From a virus (Duplodnaviria; Heunggongvirae; Uroviricota; Caudoviricetes): 43,437 bases of DNA. Below, piece by piece: positions 26,106-34,199 of the stretch. The stretch lies in IMG/VR virus record IMGVR_UViG_2563366824_000005, positions 1 through 43,437 of that record. One strand, 5' to 3'. The translations under genes and the position numbers were made by a program. Positions within the stretch are counted from its first letter, which is position 1. Every line of letters begins with the position of its first letter. The notes beneath the pieces were generated by a model. That model was not told where the DNA came from. It saw only the letters and a list, made by a program, of their open reading frames with translations, and did no database searches.

Positions 26106-26139
26106 AAAACCCCGCTTGGTGCCAACAAACGGGGTTTTT
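26106..26139 (-). terminator. hairpin with U-run between endolysin and Rz (possible terminator or attenuator)
   Basis: minus strand CCCCG..TTGG/CCAA..CGGGG stem followed by TTTTGTGTTT. Confidence 0.35.
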
Positions 26140-26228
26140 ACTTTTATTCACTTACGTTTCGCCACTTCGCAGGATTTCATGTTATCCGCCCGCGTGGCCA
26201 TGCCTTATTTTTCAGCAAAATATTCTGC

Positions 26229-26762
26229 TTATCTGTCGATACCCCAGCACGCCAGCGCGCTCTCCTGGTCACGACGGGATACCTGACCGTAGCAGTTGTT
26301 TGAACGAATACGGCAGTCTCTGCCACCGTCCTTAATCCACCAGCGAATCGCCTCACACGCTCCCCTGCGATCACCTGCATTAATTCGTTTATAAAACGTC
26401 GACGGGAAACACTTACCGGGACCAATGTTGTACGGACAGAATGACGCGATCCCCGCTTTCTGGGGTTCGCTCAATGGCACTTTGATGTTTTTCTCCACCC
26501 ATGCCAGCGCCTTATCACGCTCAATGGCGTTGACCTGGTCGCATTTTTCCTTCGACAGTTTCATACCGGGAAAAACGGGTTTTCCATCCACCATCGTGGC
26601 CCCCCGACAGATGGTCCAGTTGCCGGAACCATCGCGGTATGCCGTAGTGTGGTTACCCTCTTTTTCATCCAGAAACTGGTCAAGTATCTGAGGAGCTGAT
26701 GCGCCTGCTCCAATCAGCGCCAGAACTGCAGCTGACAGGCCGTATTTGATTTTTGCGTTCAT
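26229..26762 (-). CDS. SAR endolysin (GH24 T4-type lysozyme with N-terminal signal-anchor-release domain)
   Basis: 177 aa; Gly/Ala-rich weakly hydrophobic N-terminus; catalytic spacing E-x8-D-x5-T in ...EKEGNHTTAYRDGSGNWTI... Confidence 0.85.
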   Translation of the reverse strand: MNAKIKYGLSAAVLALIGAGASAPQILDQFLDEKEGNHTTAYRDGSGNWTICRGATMVDGKPVFPGMKLSKEKCDQVNAIERDKALAWVEKNIKVPLSEPQKAGIASFCPYNIGPGKCFPSTFYKRINAGDRRGACEAIRWWIKDGGRDCRIRSNNCYGQVSRRDQESALACWGIDR

Positions 26763-26867
26763 GGATATTTATCAGGATTTATCGGTTTCTGAACCCTGGA
26801 TATGTTTATCTGTCCCGGCCTGTTGAATCAGGCGGGGAAAAGGTAAAGACAATCAAGAGGATTATTT

Positions 26868-27140
26868 ATGGACAATAGCACCATTTCTCTACAGGAGTTG
26901 CTCGACTGCATTTCCAGGCTTCGGGATGATGTAAATGCCCTCACTGTTGCATTTTCACATCTGGCCTTATCAATTCCCAGGGAGCAAATGCTGCCAACGC
27001 TGGCATCCATTCATTTTGAATCACGCAACCCCAAATGGTCCCAGGAACAACAAAATTCTTTCAAGTGGCTGGCGGCATTGCTGGAAGAAAATTATGCTGG
27101 CAAAACTACCATTTCGGCGGAGTCTTCAGGGAACCAGTAA
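26868..27140 (+). CDS. hypothetical protein on the strand opposite the lysis genes, convergent with the ydfR-like gene
   Basis: 90 aa ORF; AAGAGGA SD about 7 nt upstream of ATG; 3' end overlaps ydfR-like gene by 35 bp; no recognised family. Confidence 0.4.
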   Translation: MDNSTISLQELLDCISRLRDDVNALTVAFSHLALSIPREQMLPTLASIHFESRNPKWSQEQQNSFKWLAALLEENYAGKTTISAESSGNQ

Positions 27141-27450
27141 TCCTTCCCGGTAGCTTTCCTTTGTAGGTTATCCATACATTCTGCGCCTCTAAAATTACGG
27201 GGCGCTTTTCCGGCGACTGCTCATCCCCTTCACATAACCCGGCAGCGACATCCAGGAAGACCTGTCTGATGCTCCTTCTGGCCGCTGCCTCATAAAACTC
27301 CAGCGCAGCACCTTCAACACGGTCCAGCGAGATGTCCAGGTCAAAAATTTCACCGTCAAAGCGTTCTTTGTCCTGTAATGCTAAAGTTACCGTAACTTTA
27401 TTCTCAAAATTGCGGATCCCTTTCACAATCAGTTCATAGTTTTGAGTCAT
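27106..27450 (-). CDS. YdfR-like protein (DUF1327) between holin and endolysin
   Basis: 114 aa MTQNYELIVKGIRNFENKVTV...; same position as ydfR in K-12 Qin; GGGGAGAG SD. Confidence 0.6.
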   Translation of the reverse strand: MTQNYELIVKGIRNFENKVTVTLALQDKERFDGEIFDLDISLDRVEGAALEFYEAAARRSIRQVFLDVAAGLCEGDEQSPEKRPVILEAQNVWITYKGKLPGRITGSLKTPPKW

Positions 27451-27454
27451 TGAA

Positions 27455-27670
27455 TTACTCTCCCCGTGCCGCCTTACGACGGTCCTCTCTGATTTTGAAA
27501 TACAGGTTAGTCAGATATGTCAGCAGCCCAAACAGCAGACTCCCCAGCACGCCTATTGCCGCCCACTGAGACGGGGAAACCCTGTCCAGCAACTGCAGGA
27601 ACCAGTAGCCCGTTCCCACCGCTGACGTGGTGTATGACACACCTGTTGTGATTTTTTCCATCTGGTCCAT
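27455..27670 (-). CDS. class II pinholin (phage 21 S-type) with dual-start motif
   Basis: 71 aa [10 protein letters not shown]...[40 protein letters not shown], close to P21 S21 as recalled; Met1 and Met4 give the antiholin/holin pair; track ORF extended upstream. Confidence 0.8.
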   Translation of the reverse strand: MDQMEKITTGVSYTTSAVGTGYWFLQLLDRVSPSQWAAIGVLGSLLFGLLTYLTNLYFKIREDRRKAARGE

Positions 27671-27977
27671 ACCCCGTCTCCCGTTATCCGGAAGCTGAAA
27701 ACAATAAAAAAGCCACCAGTTAACTACTGATGGCTCTGATAACTCATGCAAGCGTCTCAGACGACCCACTGACACTACCGGTGAGTTTAACGATACCTTC
27801 CATTTGACTGGCTCACTTTTTATGATGATGCCGGTGCATTTATCTCCAGCGCCAGACTTTCTATCTCAACGCCATACGTTACATTTTTGGTAATATCCAT
27901 CAGCGTCAGTGCATTTAGTCCCACTGCCAGACTGTCTTTTATGGCCTGGAATGCCGGGCCAGTACGATGACGTAGTA

Positions 27978-28166
27978 TCACTCCGGCTCAGTTGCACCAC
28001 TGACCACCACATCACCTTCTGCTGCAATCGCCTGCATCAGGGTATAAGGGGTTATGGCCACCGGACTACCAAACGGCTGCCCGCCCTCTTTCAGTTTATG
28101 TGTCAGCTTTTCCGCAAGATCTGACGGCGGCGCCGCCCTGACAACATCATAGTGTTTAAATGCCAT
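27978..28166 (-). CDS. hypothetical small protein (62 aa)
   Basis: start at MAFKHYDV... with GGAAAG SD; divergent from ORF 28427-28762 across an AT-rich spacer; no recognised family. Confidence 0.4.
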   Translation of the reverse strand: MAFKHYDVVRAAPPSDLAEKLTHKLKEGGQPFGSPVAITPYTLMQAIAAEGDVVVSGATEPE

Positions 28167-28426
28167 GGTTCTTTCCACTATCTGAAAAATAATTCTTTAA
28201 AATACCGGATATGTAATACAGAAAAAACACAAAACCATACCTTAAATAAAAACCTGATTATCAAGCAGATATGCATGGATAAACTACAAGACGAGATATA
28301 AACCACCCTGCATTTAAATAAACAATAAACAACATCAGAAAAATAATTCTGCGCTATGGTTTACATTCAAAAATATCATTTATACTTTTCAGAACATCAC
28401 CAGCAAGGCATAAACAAGGAAGCTAA

Positions 28427-28762
28427 ATGAAGTGGATTGTGATTGATACAGTTATCCAGCCATCATGCGGAATATCTTTTTCAGTCATATGGAGTAAAGT
28501 AAAATTAATAATCTGGTATCAATCGGATGCTTTCTTACCTCCTGAAAGTATATTTACACTGACTCACACAGGTATCATGCTCAATAACAAAGTGCTACCT
28601 GTAACCATTTACAACGTAGTACCATTCAATAAAACATTCTGGAATTTAATCAAAAACAGCCAGGAATGCCCTACAAATACAGATAACGTATTGAATGAAT
28701 GCTTTAATAACCGTTGCACTCTGCAAATATGTCCTTATGGACTAAAACAACAAAGTCCATAA
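28427..28762 (+). CDS. hypothetical Cys-rich protein (111 aa) in AT-rich moron
   Basis: AAGGAAG SD before ATG; AT-rich codon usage unlike flanking phage genes; followed by hairpin at 28797-28818. Confidence 0.45.
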   Translation: MKWIVIDTVIQPSCGISFSVIWSKVKLIIWYQSDAFLPPESIFTLTHTGIMLNNKVLPVTIYNVVPFNKTFWNLIKNSQECPTNTDNVLNECFNNRCTLQICPYGLKQQSP

Positions 28763-28796
28763 GGAGTTTACTCACATCTGACAAAATCAATATAAA

Positions 28797-28818
28797 CAGC
28801 CCCTCCGGAGAGGGGCTG
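28797..28818. terminator. strong 9-bp GC hairpin (CAGCCCCTC-CGGA-GAGGGGCTG)
   Basis: perfect inverted repeat; U-rich tract on the minus-strand side only. Confidence 0.45.
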
Positions 28819-29209
28819 GAGAGTGGCGCTATGTGCCATTGCATGGTGCCGGGTGCCTCCCGGTGAATTCAGTACCAGCACCTGAATCCGCGATTATCCC
28901 ATATACCTACTCGCTGATTGCCCCTCCGCACAGGGGGATTCACCATGCCAGTTTCTTTTAACAAACTCCCCGCAAACCAGACAACAGTCAACCGCCTGAA
29001 TTGTGAAGTATTTAAAAATTTCTCCCGCTAACTGATACCCGGCTAACAGTCTGGCGTTTTCTTTTTCAGCAACGGGAAAGCAACAACCACCACACCCGCC
29101 ACCAGCACACCGTCAGCCAGCACTGACATTATCCGGCTGCTGCAATGCCATTCACAAAAACAGTAAGCAATCACTTTTTACCGTAACAGGTGATAATCCA
29201 GATATGTAT

Positions 29210-29536
29210 CTACCCCAGATGAGTAATCCGAAGTTCATCCATACCACAGGTCCTGGCTATTCTGTTGTACTCCTGAACAAGAGCAAATAATTCTGAATTA
29301 GCAACCATGAACTCATCGCAAACCCTCTGTATAGCATCACTATTCAGAAGAATAACGTCTCTTCCCGAAAGACGATCAGGAGTACAGAACAAAACTGTCA
29401 AACGGCTGAAGGCCTTTGCTCGTGCTGCATTGACTATATCAATACGCTGCCTAAGGATGAAACACCCCGACGCCTCATCAATATTCACTCTACCCACACC
29501 ATATGAATGATAAATATTTAATACTGAAAAAACCAT
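29210..29536 (-). CDS. hypothetical protein (108 aa from first ATG)
   Basis: track ORF begins at TTG 29563; first ATG at 29536; weak SD; moderately AT-rich. Confidence 0.3.
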   Translation of the reverse strand: MVFSVLNIYHSYGVGRVNIDEASGCFILRQRIDIVNAARAKAFSRLTVLFCTPDRLSGRDVILLNSDAIQRVCDEFMVANSELFALVQEYNRIARTCGMDELRITHLG

Positions 29537-29673
29537 TAGACCGTATAACAAACACTCAATCAATACTTAACAGAACTTTTATTTTTGACAAACATATAAT
29601 ATTTTCAACAATATCCTGAGCCAGGTATATTCCAGTATAAGGCTCTGCCGGAAGGAATCTGGAAGAATGAATA

Positions 29674-29750
29674 TGGCGCGCTGTACTGGATTCGAACCAG
29701 TGACCGATTGCTTAGAAGGCAATTGCTCTGTCCGGCTGAGCTAACAACGC
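29674..29750 (-). tRNA. tRNA-Arg (anticodon UCU)
   Basis: 77-nt cloverleaf GCGTTGTTAGCTCAGCCGGACAGAGCAATTGCCTTCTAAGCAATCGGTCACTGGTTCGAATCCAGTACAGCGCGCCA with encoded CCA. Confidence 0.85.
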
Positions 29751-29784
29751 TGAATACCGATAATGGACCGCCATCGGGGACCCG

Positions 29785-29795
29785 CCCCCCCCCCC
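29785..29795. repeat. homopolymeric C11 (G11 on minus strand) tract between the two tRNA genes
   Basis: cccgccccccccccccgcacc at 29781-29800. Confidence 0.9.
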
Positions 29796-29856
29796 GCACC
29801 AACACCCCTGTTATCGTGTCGTCTGCTCTTCCTGATAAGCTAATGGCGGTTTGTGA

Positions 29857-29932
29857 TGGTGGCCCTTGCTGGATTTGAACCAGCGACCTGGCGATTATGA
29901 GTCGCTCGCTCTCACCACTGAGCTAAAGGACC
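29857..29932 (-). tRNA. tRNA-Ile2 (anticodon CAU, ileX/ileZ-like; would be called tRNA-Met by anticodon alone)
   Basis: 76-nt cloverleaf GGTCCTTTAGCTCAGTGGTGAGAGCGAGCGACTCATAATCGCCAGGTCGCTGGTTCAAATCCAGCAAGGGCCACCA, resembles E. coli ileX. Confidence 0.8.
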
Positions 29933-29971
29933 GGGAGCAGAATAATAACGGTCCGTAATTAATTCCGCAAT

Positions 29972-29995
29972 AAAAAACCCGCTCGGCGGCGGGTT
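29972..29995 (-). terminator. tR-prime-like intrinsic terminator of the short late-promoter transcript
   Basis: minus strand AACCCGCCGCCGAGCGGGTTTTTTATT about 45 nt downstream of the putative start site. Confidence 0.7.
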
Positions 29996-30042
29996 GTAGA
30001 AACTCTTCTAACGTCAGGCATAAAACGCCCATCGTTATGACG

Positions 30043-30070
30043 AATTTACCACAGATTCCGGAAAAATCAA
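30043..30070 (-). promoter_or_regulatory. putative late promoter (pR-prime-like) with qut region, just downstream of Q
   Basis: minus strand TTGATT - 16 nt - TGgTAAATT (extended -10), resembling lambda pR-prime TTGACT/TAAATT. Confidence 0.5.
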
Positions 30071-30075
30071 CCTTG

Positions 30076-30897
30076 TTACCTAGTTACCTTTTTTAACTGC
30101 CGCTCAGCCCATGCTTCTTCAATATCAAACCGGGTCACCAGCGCATCATAGAATTTCTTAACTGTTTTTTCCCATGACGCGCGTGTTATCTGGTTTGTCA
30201 CCTCGCATATAGCATTAAATGCCTCCGTTGATGGTAGCCTTTCATAGCCACGACCACCACAACGCTGGCAGTCTCTGATAACAGGCATACCACGTTTTAC
30301 CGACTCTTCACGATGAATGGCGACACCACGCCCACGGCAATCCTTACAGGCGGTGGAAACCTCACCCTTCCCGCCACACTCCGGACAGGCAACTTTTACC
30401 ACCTCCCTGACTTTTTTCCATTCTTCCCAGTAAGACGGATACACACCTTTCGTACACTTTGCCCATACCGGCGGCTTACCATCCGGATACTGGACCTTGT
30501 TTGTAAAAACTACGCTTTCAATAAATTTTTCCCCATAGCAACAAGGGCACAGCTTTTTACTCGCTGCGCTGCGGGCATAATCCTCAAAAGCGCACGAAGC
30601 CATAATGCGCATCACTACCGGTTTTATTTCTGCCGGAAGTTTTCTCAACGCCGCCACACGATCGCACCGACTGAGTGCATAATCTGCCAGTAATTCTGTT
30701 GCCCGCGCCCTGTCATTCATACTAATGCCCATCTTCCCCAGGAACGCAGAAAACCCCATCTCAGCCCGATTCTGTGTCATGCCCTGCGCGGCCATCACAT
30801 CAGTGATACTCAGCGCATCTTTTGACGTTGAGGCCGATGCATCGGTCAGGCAAGGGGATTTTGGGGAGTAGTATTTCGGTAAATCTTCCAGTTTCAT
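30076..30897 (-). CDS. late-gene antiterminator Q-like protein (Qin QuuQ-type)
   Basis: 273 aa with paired CxxC motifs; positioned between rusA and the late promoter/tRNAs. Confidence 0.75.
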   Translation of the reverse strand: MKLEDLPKYYSPKSPCLTDASASTSKDALSITDVMAAQGMTQNRAEMGFSAFLGKMGISMNDRARATELLADYALSRCDRVAALRKLPAEIKPVVMRIMASCAFEDYARSAASKKLCPCCYGEKFIESVVFTNKVQYPDGKPPVWAKCTKGVYPSYWEEWKKVREVVKVACPECGGKGEVSTACKDCRGRGVAIHREESVKRGMPVIRDCQRCGGRGYERLPSTEAFNAICEVTNQITRASWEKTVKKFYDALVTRFDIEEAWAERQLKKVTR

Positions 30898-31268
30898 TTT
30901 TTGACCTGCTCTTCATGCATTATGGGGTAAATCTTCACCCCCAGACGTCCACCAGATACTGGCTGACCACGAACGATATTGATTTCATCAAACTGCTCAT
31001 CGTCCATTAACACTCCCGCATGCGTCAGCGCATCCAGCGGTGCTTTCAGGATATTGTCCAGGTCGCGACGACGCTTATCCGGTGGCTCTGCAATCACCTT
31101 TATCGCCAGCCTTCCGGACAGGCTTAATTTCAGCCGCTGCTGGCGAACAATAAGCGCCACAGCACGGCGATAACGCTTTCCCTCCTCCGAGATAAAATAT
31201 GTGCTGCCACGGCGTCGCCAGTAAGTGTTCACCGTCGGCGGGTAAGGTAAAACCAAATCTATGAGCAT
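30894..31268 (-). CDS. rusA: Holliday junction resolvase RusA
   Basis: 124 aa with RusA hallmark ...DKRRRDLDNILKAPLDALTHAGVLMDDEQ... Confidence 0.85.
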   Translation of the reverse strand: MLIDLVLPYPPTVNTYWRRRGSTYFISEEGKRYRRAVALIVRQQRLKLSLSGRLAIKVIAEPPDKRRRDLDNILKAPLDALTHAGVLMDDEQFDEINIVRGQPVSGGRLGVKIYPIMHEEQVKK

Positions 31269-31280
31269 CAGTCACCTCTT

Positions 31281-32330
31281 TTACCCAAGCACGCCAGTTG
31301 CAAAGGCGTGATCAAGAAAACGAAAAATTAAATCAACCTGAGAACCATGCTTTTCTTCGAACGCCAGCGGATCCGCATGAAGCTCGTTGTGATGCTCCCG
31401 ACACAGCGGTAGCGTGAAAATATCGTGAGATTTTGTCCCCATTCCGCCCTGACCATGACCAATCAGGTGATGGGGATCGTCGGCTGGCTTACCACAACAC
31501 GCACACGGCTGTGTCTTCACCCAGCGTGTGTATTTCTCGTTAACCCAGCGGCGACGTTTAGGTCGTTTCATGAAAGATTCCGGAGACTCAGGATCAACGG
31601 CAATGCTGACCACCGTCTTTTCCTGTGGTGGGTTCTGTTGCTGGTGGGTGTGAGGCAGCGGCGCAAGATTTTTTGTGCGCTGTTTCAGTATGCTGGTGGC
31701 GGTCTGCTCTCCCGGTACGATGTCGCTTTCACGGTACATTGAGCGGATTTTTTCCGCACGCAACCCCAGCGAACGACGTAATACCGCTTCCGGTAGCGCG
31801 TCCGCCACCTGATTGCGGACCGCCCACCAGGATAATTCAGCCAGAGATAATTCACGCTCCTGCGTACCGCTTATTGCGTGACCGATGACGTCAATCATCC
31901 ATGCTGACAGGTTTTGATGAGCAACTTGCTCGAGTGATTCGGATGTCTGGTCACGCAGCTGGTTGTCGCAGTGCCAGCACAACACCATTGCGCCGGTACC
32001 ATAACGGTGAATGACGGTTTCGCTGTGATGATAATCGCCGTGTGGCCACTGGCAGGATTTAATATGGCGCAACAGCCAGTCAGACAATGCACCAGCACCA
32101 CCAGCAGCACGAATCACCCGTGCGTTACTGAAAAACGGCAGCAATGTTTTGTCTTCCACCAGCGGCTGGCGAGCGGCAGGAACGACCCCGGACGGCAGAT
32201 TACGCATGCTTTTCGGTTCCGGCTCCACCAGTAACCGGGTATTGTGGAATACCGGCATGGATTCACGGCCCGGCTTAACGATCACCAGCCCGAGTTCCGG
32301 TACCAGAACAGGTCGAAGTAATACCCGCAC
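31281..32330 (-). CDS. DUF968 protein (YdfU-like) with C-terminal HNH-like Cys/His motif
   Basis: 349 aa; CACCGKPADDPHHLIGHGQGG...H motif; same position as ydfU in Qin. Confidence 0.65.
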   Translation of the reverse strand: MRVLLRPVLVPELGLVIVKPGRESMPVFHNTRLLVEPEPKSMRNLPSGVVPAARQPLVEDKTLLPFFSNARVIRAAGGAGALSDWLLRHIKSCQWPHGDYHHSETVIHRYGTGAMVLCWHCDNQLRDQTSESLEQVAHQNLSAWMIDVIGHAISGTQERELSLAELSWWAVRNQVADALPEAVLRRSLGLRAEKIRSMYRESDIVPGEQTATSILKQRTKNLAPLPHTHQQQNPPQEKTVVSIAVDPESPESFMKRPKRRRWVNEKYTRWVKTQPCACCGKPADDPHHLIGHGQGGMGTKSHDIFTLPLCREHHNELHADPLAFEEKHGSQVDLIFRFLDHAFATGVLG

Positions 32331-32331
32331 G

Positions 32332-32610
32332 TTACCTCCAGATGCGTTGCTGGAATGTGCGGGATGGACGCGGTGGGCGTTCGGAGTAAGGCAATCTGAC
32401 TGAGATTATCCAGTGACGGTAGTCGAGGCTAAGGGCTTTTTTAACCTCGTATCCGCGCCTGCGGTAACACTGAATTATCCATTCAGCCTGCTCTTCAGTG
32501 CATGGTGGATGCTGGAACCAGTCCGATTTGAATGCATGAAAACGCCGTCCGCATCTGCTGGCAAAGACGGCAGAATCATCAGAATTGTGTAATTTGGTAT
32601 CGTGCGCCAT
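32332..32610 (-). CDS. Rem-like small protein
   Basis: 92 aa from first ATG (MAHDTKLHNSDDSAVF...); track ORF starts at an upstream TTG; position matches rem in Qin. Confidence 0.45.
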   Translation of the reverse strand: MAHDTKLHNSDDSAVFASRCGRRFHAFKSDWFQHPPCTEEQAEWIIQCYRRRGYEVKKALSLDYRHWIISVRLPYSERPPRPSRTFQQRIWR

Positions 32611-33068
32611 CGGTTGTCTCTGCTGGCGCAGCAGGTGCCAGTTGTTCAGGCTGGCGTATAAAGTATAAATAAACTGGTTCCAGTGTAAAGCCCCTACATT
32701 AATGGAATAAAAGTCAAACAACAGATTGTTGGGATAAACACAACGCTTATTATTAAAAGCGATTAGATAAATTAAATTTTAATGTTATGCAATTTTACCA
32801 GATCATCATAACATCTCGTTTGAAACCACCGAAACAACAACCATATCAATATTGATTATGTTAAAGTGAGTAAATATGGAAAACAACAAATCTGCACATT
32901 ACGCTCCTTTTTTATCTGTGATACTTTTTGTTTTATGCTGTGTGTGGGCATTATTTTTATAAAAATATTCACAGATAAAATAAACCCGCCGAAGCGGGTT
33001 AAGTGCGGGTGCATTGAGGATGCCTGACACATCAGAGGTGGCGAGGGATTTCTCCCTCGCCGGGTCTC

Positions 33069-33224
33069 TTACTCCTCAGGTTCGTAAACTGTGAAGACAG
33101 CGACCTCCGTCTGGCCGGTTCGGATTCGTACCTCGCAGAGGTCTTTCCTCGTTACCAGTGCCGTCACTATGACGGTTAAACAGATGACGATCAGGGCGAT
33201 TAACATCGCCTTTTGCTGCTTCAT
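33069..33224 (-). CDS. hokD: Hok-family type I toxin (HokD/RelF-like)
   Basis: 51 aa MKQQKAMLIALIVICLTVIVTALVTRKDLCEVRIRTGQTEVAVFTAYEPEE; AAGGAG SD; below track length cut-off. Confidence 0.85.
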   Translation of the reverse strand: MKQQKAMLIALIVICLTVIVTALVTRKDLCEVRIRTGQTEVAVFTVYEPEE

Positions 33225-33481
33225 AGCCTGCTTCTCCTTGACCTTTCGGTCCGTAAGAGGCTAATCTCTATGTGTCGCATAGATATGGCCTCAGATTAAT
33301 GTTAAACGTCTTGCAGGACGCGTAATGTTACCTGGGGCTTTTCTCTATCTGCCGTTGGTGTTCATGCCCGAGGCAGATAGCCTCAAGCACCCGCAGTCAT
33401 TCTACTTAACTAAGATTTCCCCGCAAACCGTTTTTGTCCAGCACAATAAATATCCAACTAAACCAATGGAGTTCGCTGTAT

Positions 33482-33661
33482 TTACCGCCAGTATTCAATG
33501 CACATGACCGCCATGAACACCCCTAAAAAAAGGGCATTTATATATCCAAATATTAATATCAAAACATCAACTTTTTCCATATACCTTGCTGTGAAGATGA
33601 TGGGCATACATGATACGAACAACCAGAACGCAACAAACAAAAACTGCAATGCGTTTTTCAT
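33482..33661 (-). CDS. hypothetical small two-helix membrane protein (59 aa)
   Basis: strong AGGAGG SD 4 nt before ATG 33661; two hydrophobic helices; AT-rich context. Confidence 0.4.
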   Translation of the reverse strand: MKNALQFLFVAFWLFVSCMPIIFTARYMEKVDVLILIFGYINALFLGVFMAVMCIEYWR

Positions 33662-34199
33662 TATTCCTCCTACAATCAATGTGCAATTACATTTAAACAC
33701 ACCTCAATTTGGCCGGACATATAAATATCTAAACTAGAAAAAATCACTTACATAGCGTTACAAACTCTTTAGTCTAAAGGTTCATCGTAAAACATTCCCC
33801 ATACTTATCAGTCCGTTCCGCGCCAGGTAGCTTATTGCCTTATCTGGCAACCTATAATCAGGTTTCCGCTTTTTCAGTTGGCTGGTCGTTTAACCGACAT
33901 AGTTAACCCATTAATCTAGTTGCCGGATGTTGGTGGATTTTCGCGTTTTAGTTGTTCATAAAAGTGCACAGCTTTAACCAGTTCTTCTGATGTAACCAGG
34001 GCTGGTGAGGCAGTGAATAAGGCCTGAATTTGATAGTTCGGCCTGTCGTTACAATCCTCTTTTTTCGGTACATATTTCCAGTCAACAGACCACTACTTCT
34101 CCTGAAAGTCCGTAACGCCTTTTTTCACGTAGCGATATCGCCATGCCACTGGTTTTGCTTGCCCCGCCGTTTCATACCCTTCCTGATAATTAATCTCGC

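Noticed and set aside
26868-27153. 72-aa plus-strand ORF 26935-27153 overlapping the 90-aa ORF
   Set aside because: Alternative frame of the same region with no SD; the 90-aa frame with an SD was preferred, itself at low confidence.
27671-27775. N-terminal extension of the holin ORF
   Set aside because: The 21-type holin begins at MDQMEK (27670); the extension has no homology and would add a hydrophilic leader.
29751-29856. Possible third tRNA or CRISPR-like repeat near the tRNA genes
   Set aside because: The spacer has a poly-C tract but no cloverleaf; no repeat-spacer arrays of regular period were seen anywhere in the window.
33225-33480. relB/relE genes expected upstream of hokD
   Set aside because: No ORF of RelB or RelE size or sequence is present; only the 60-aa plus-strand ORF 33325-33507 with no recognisable features.
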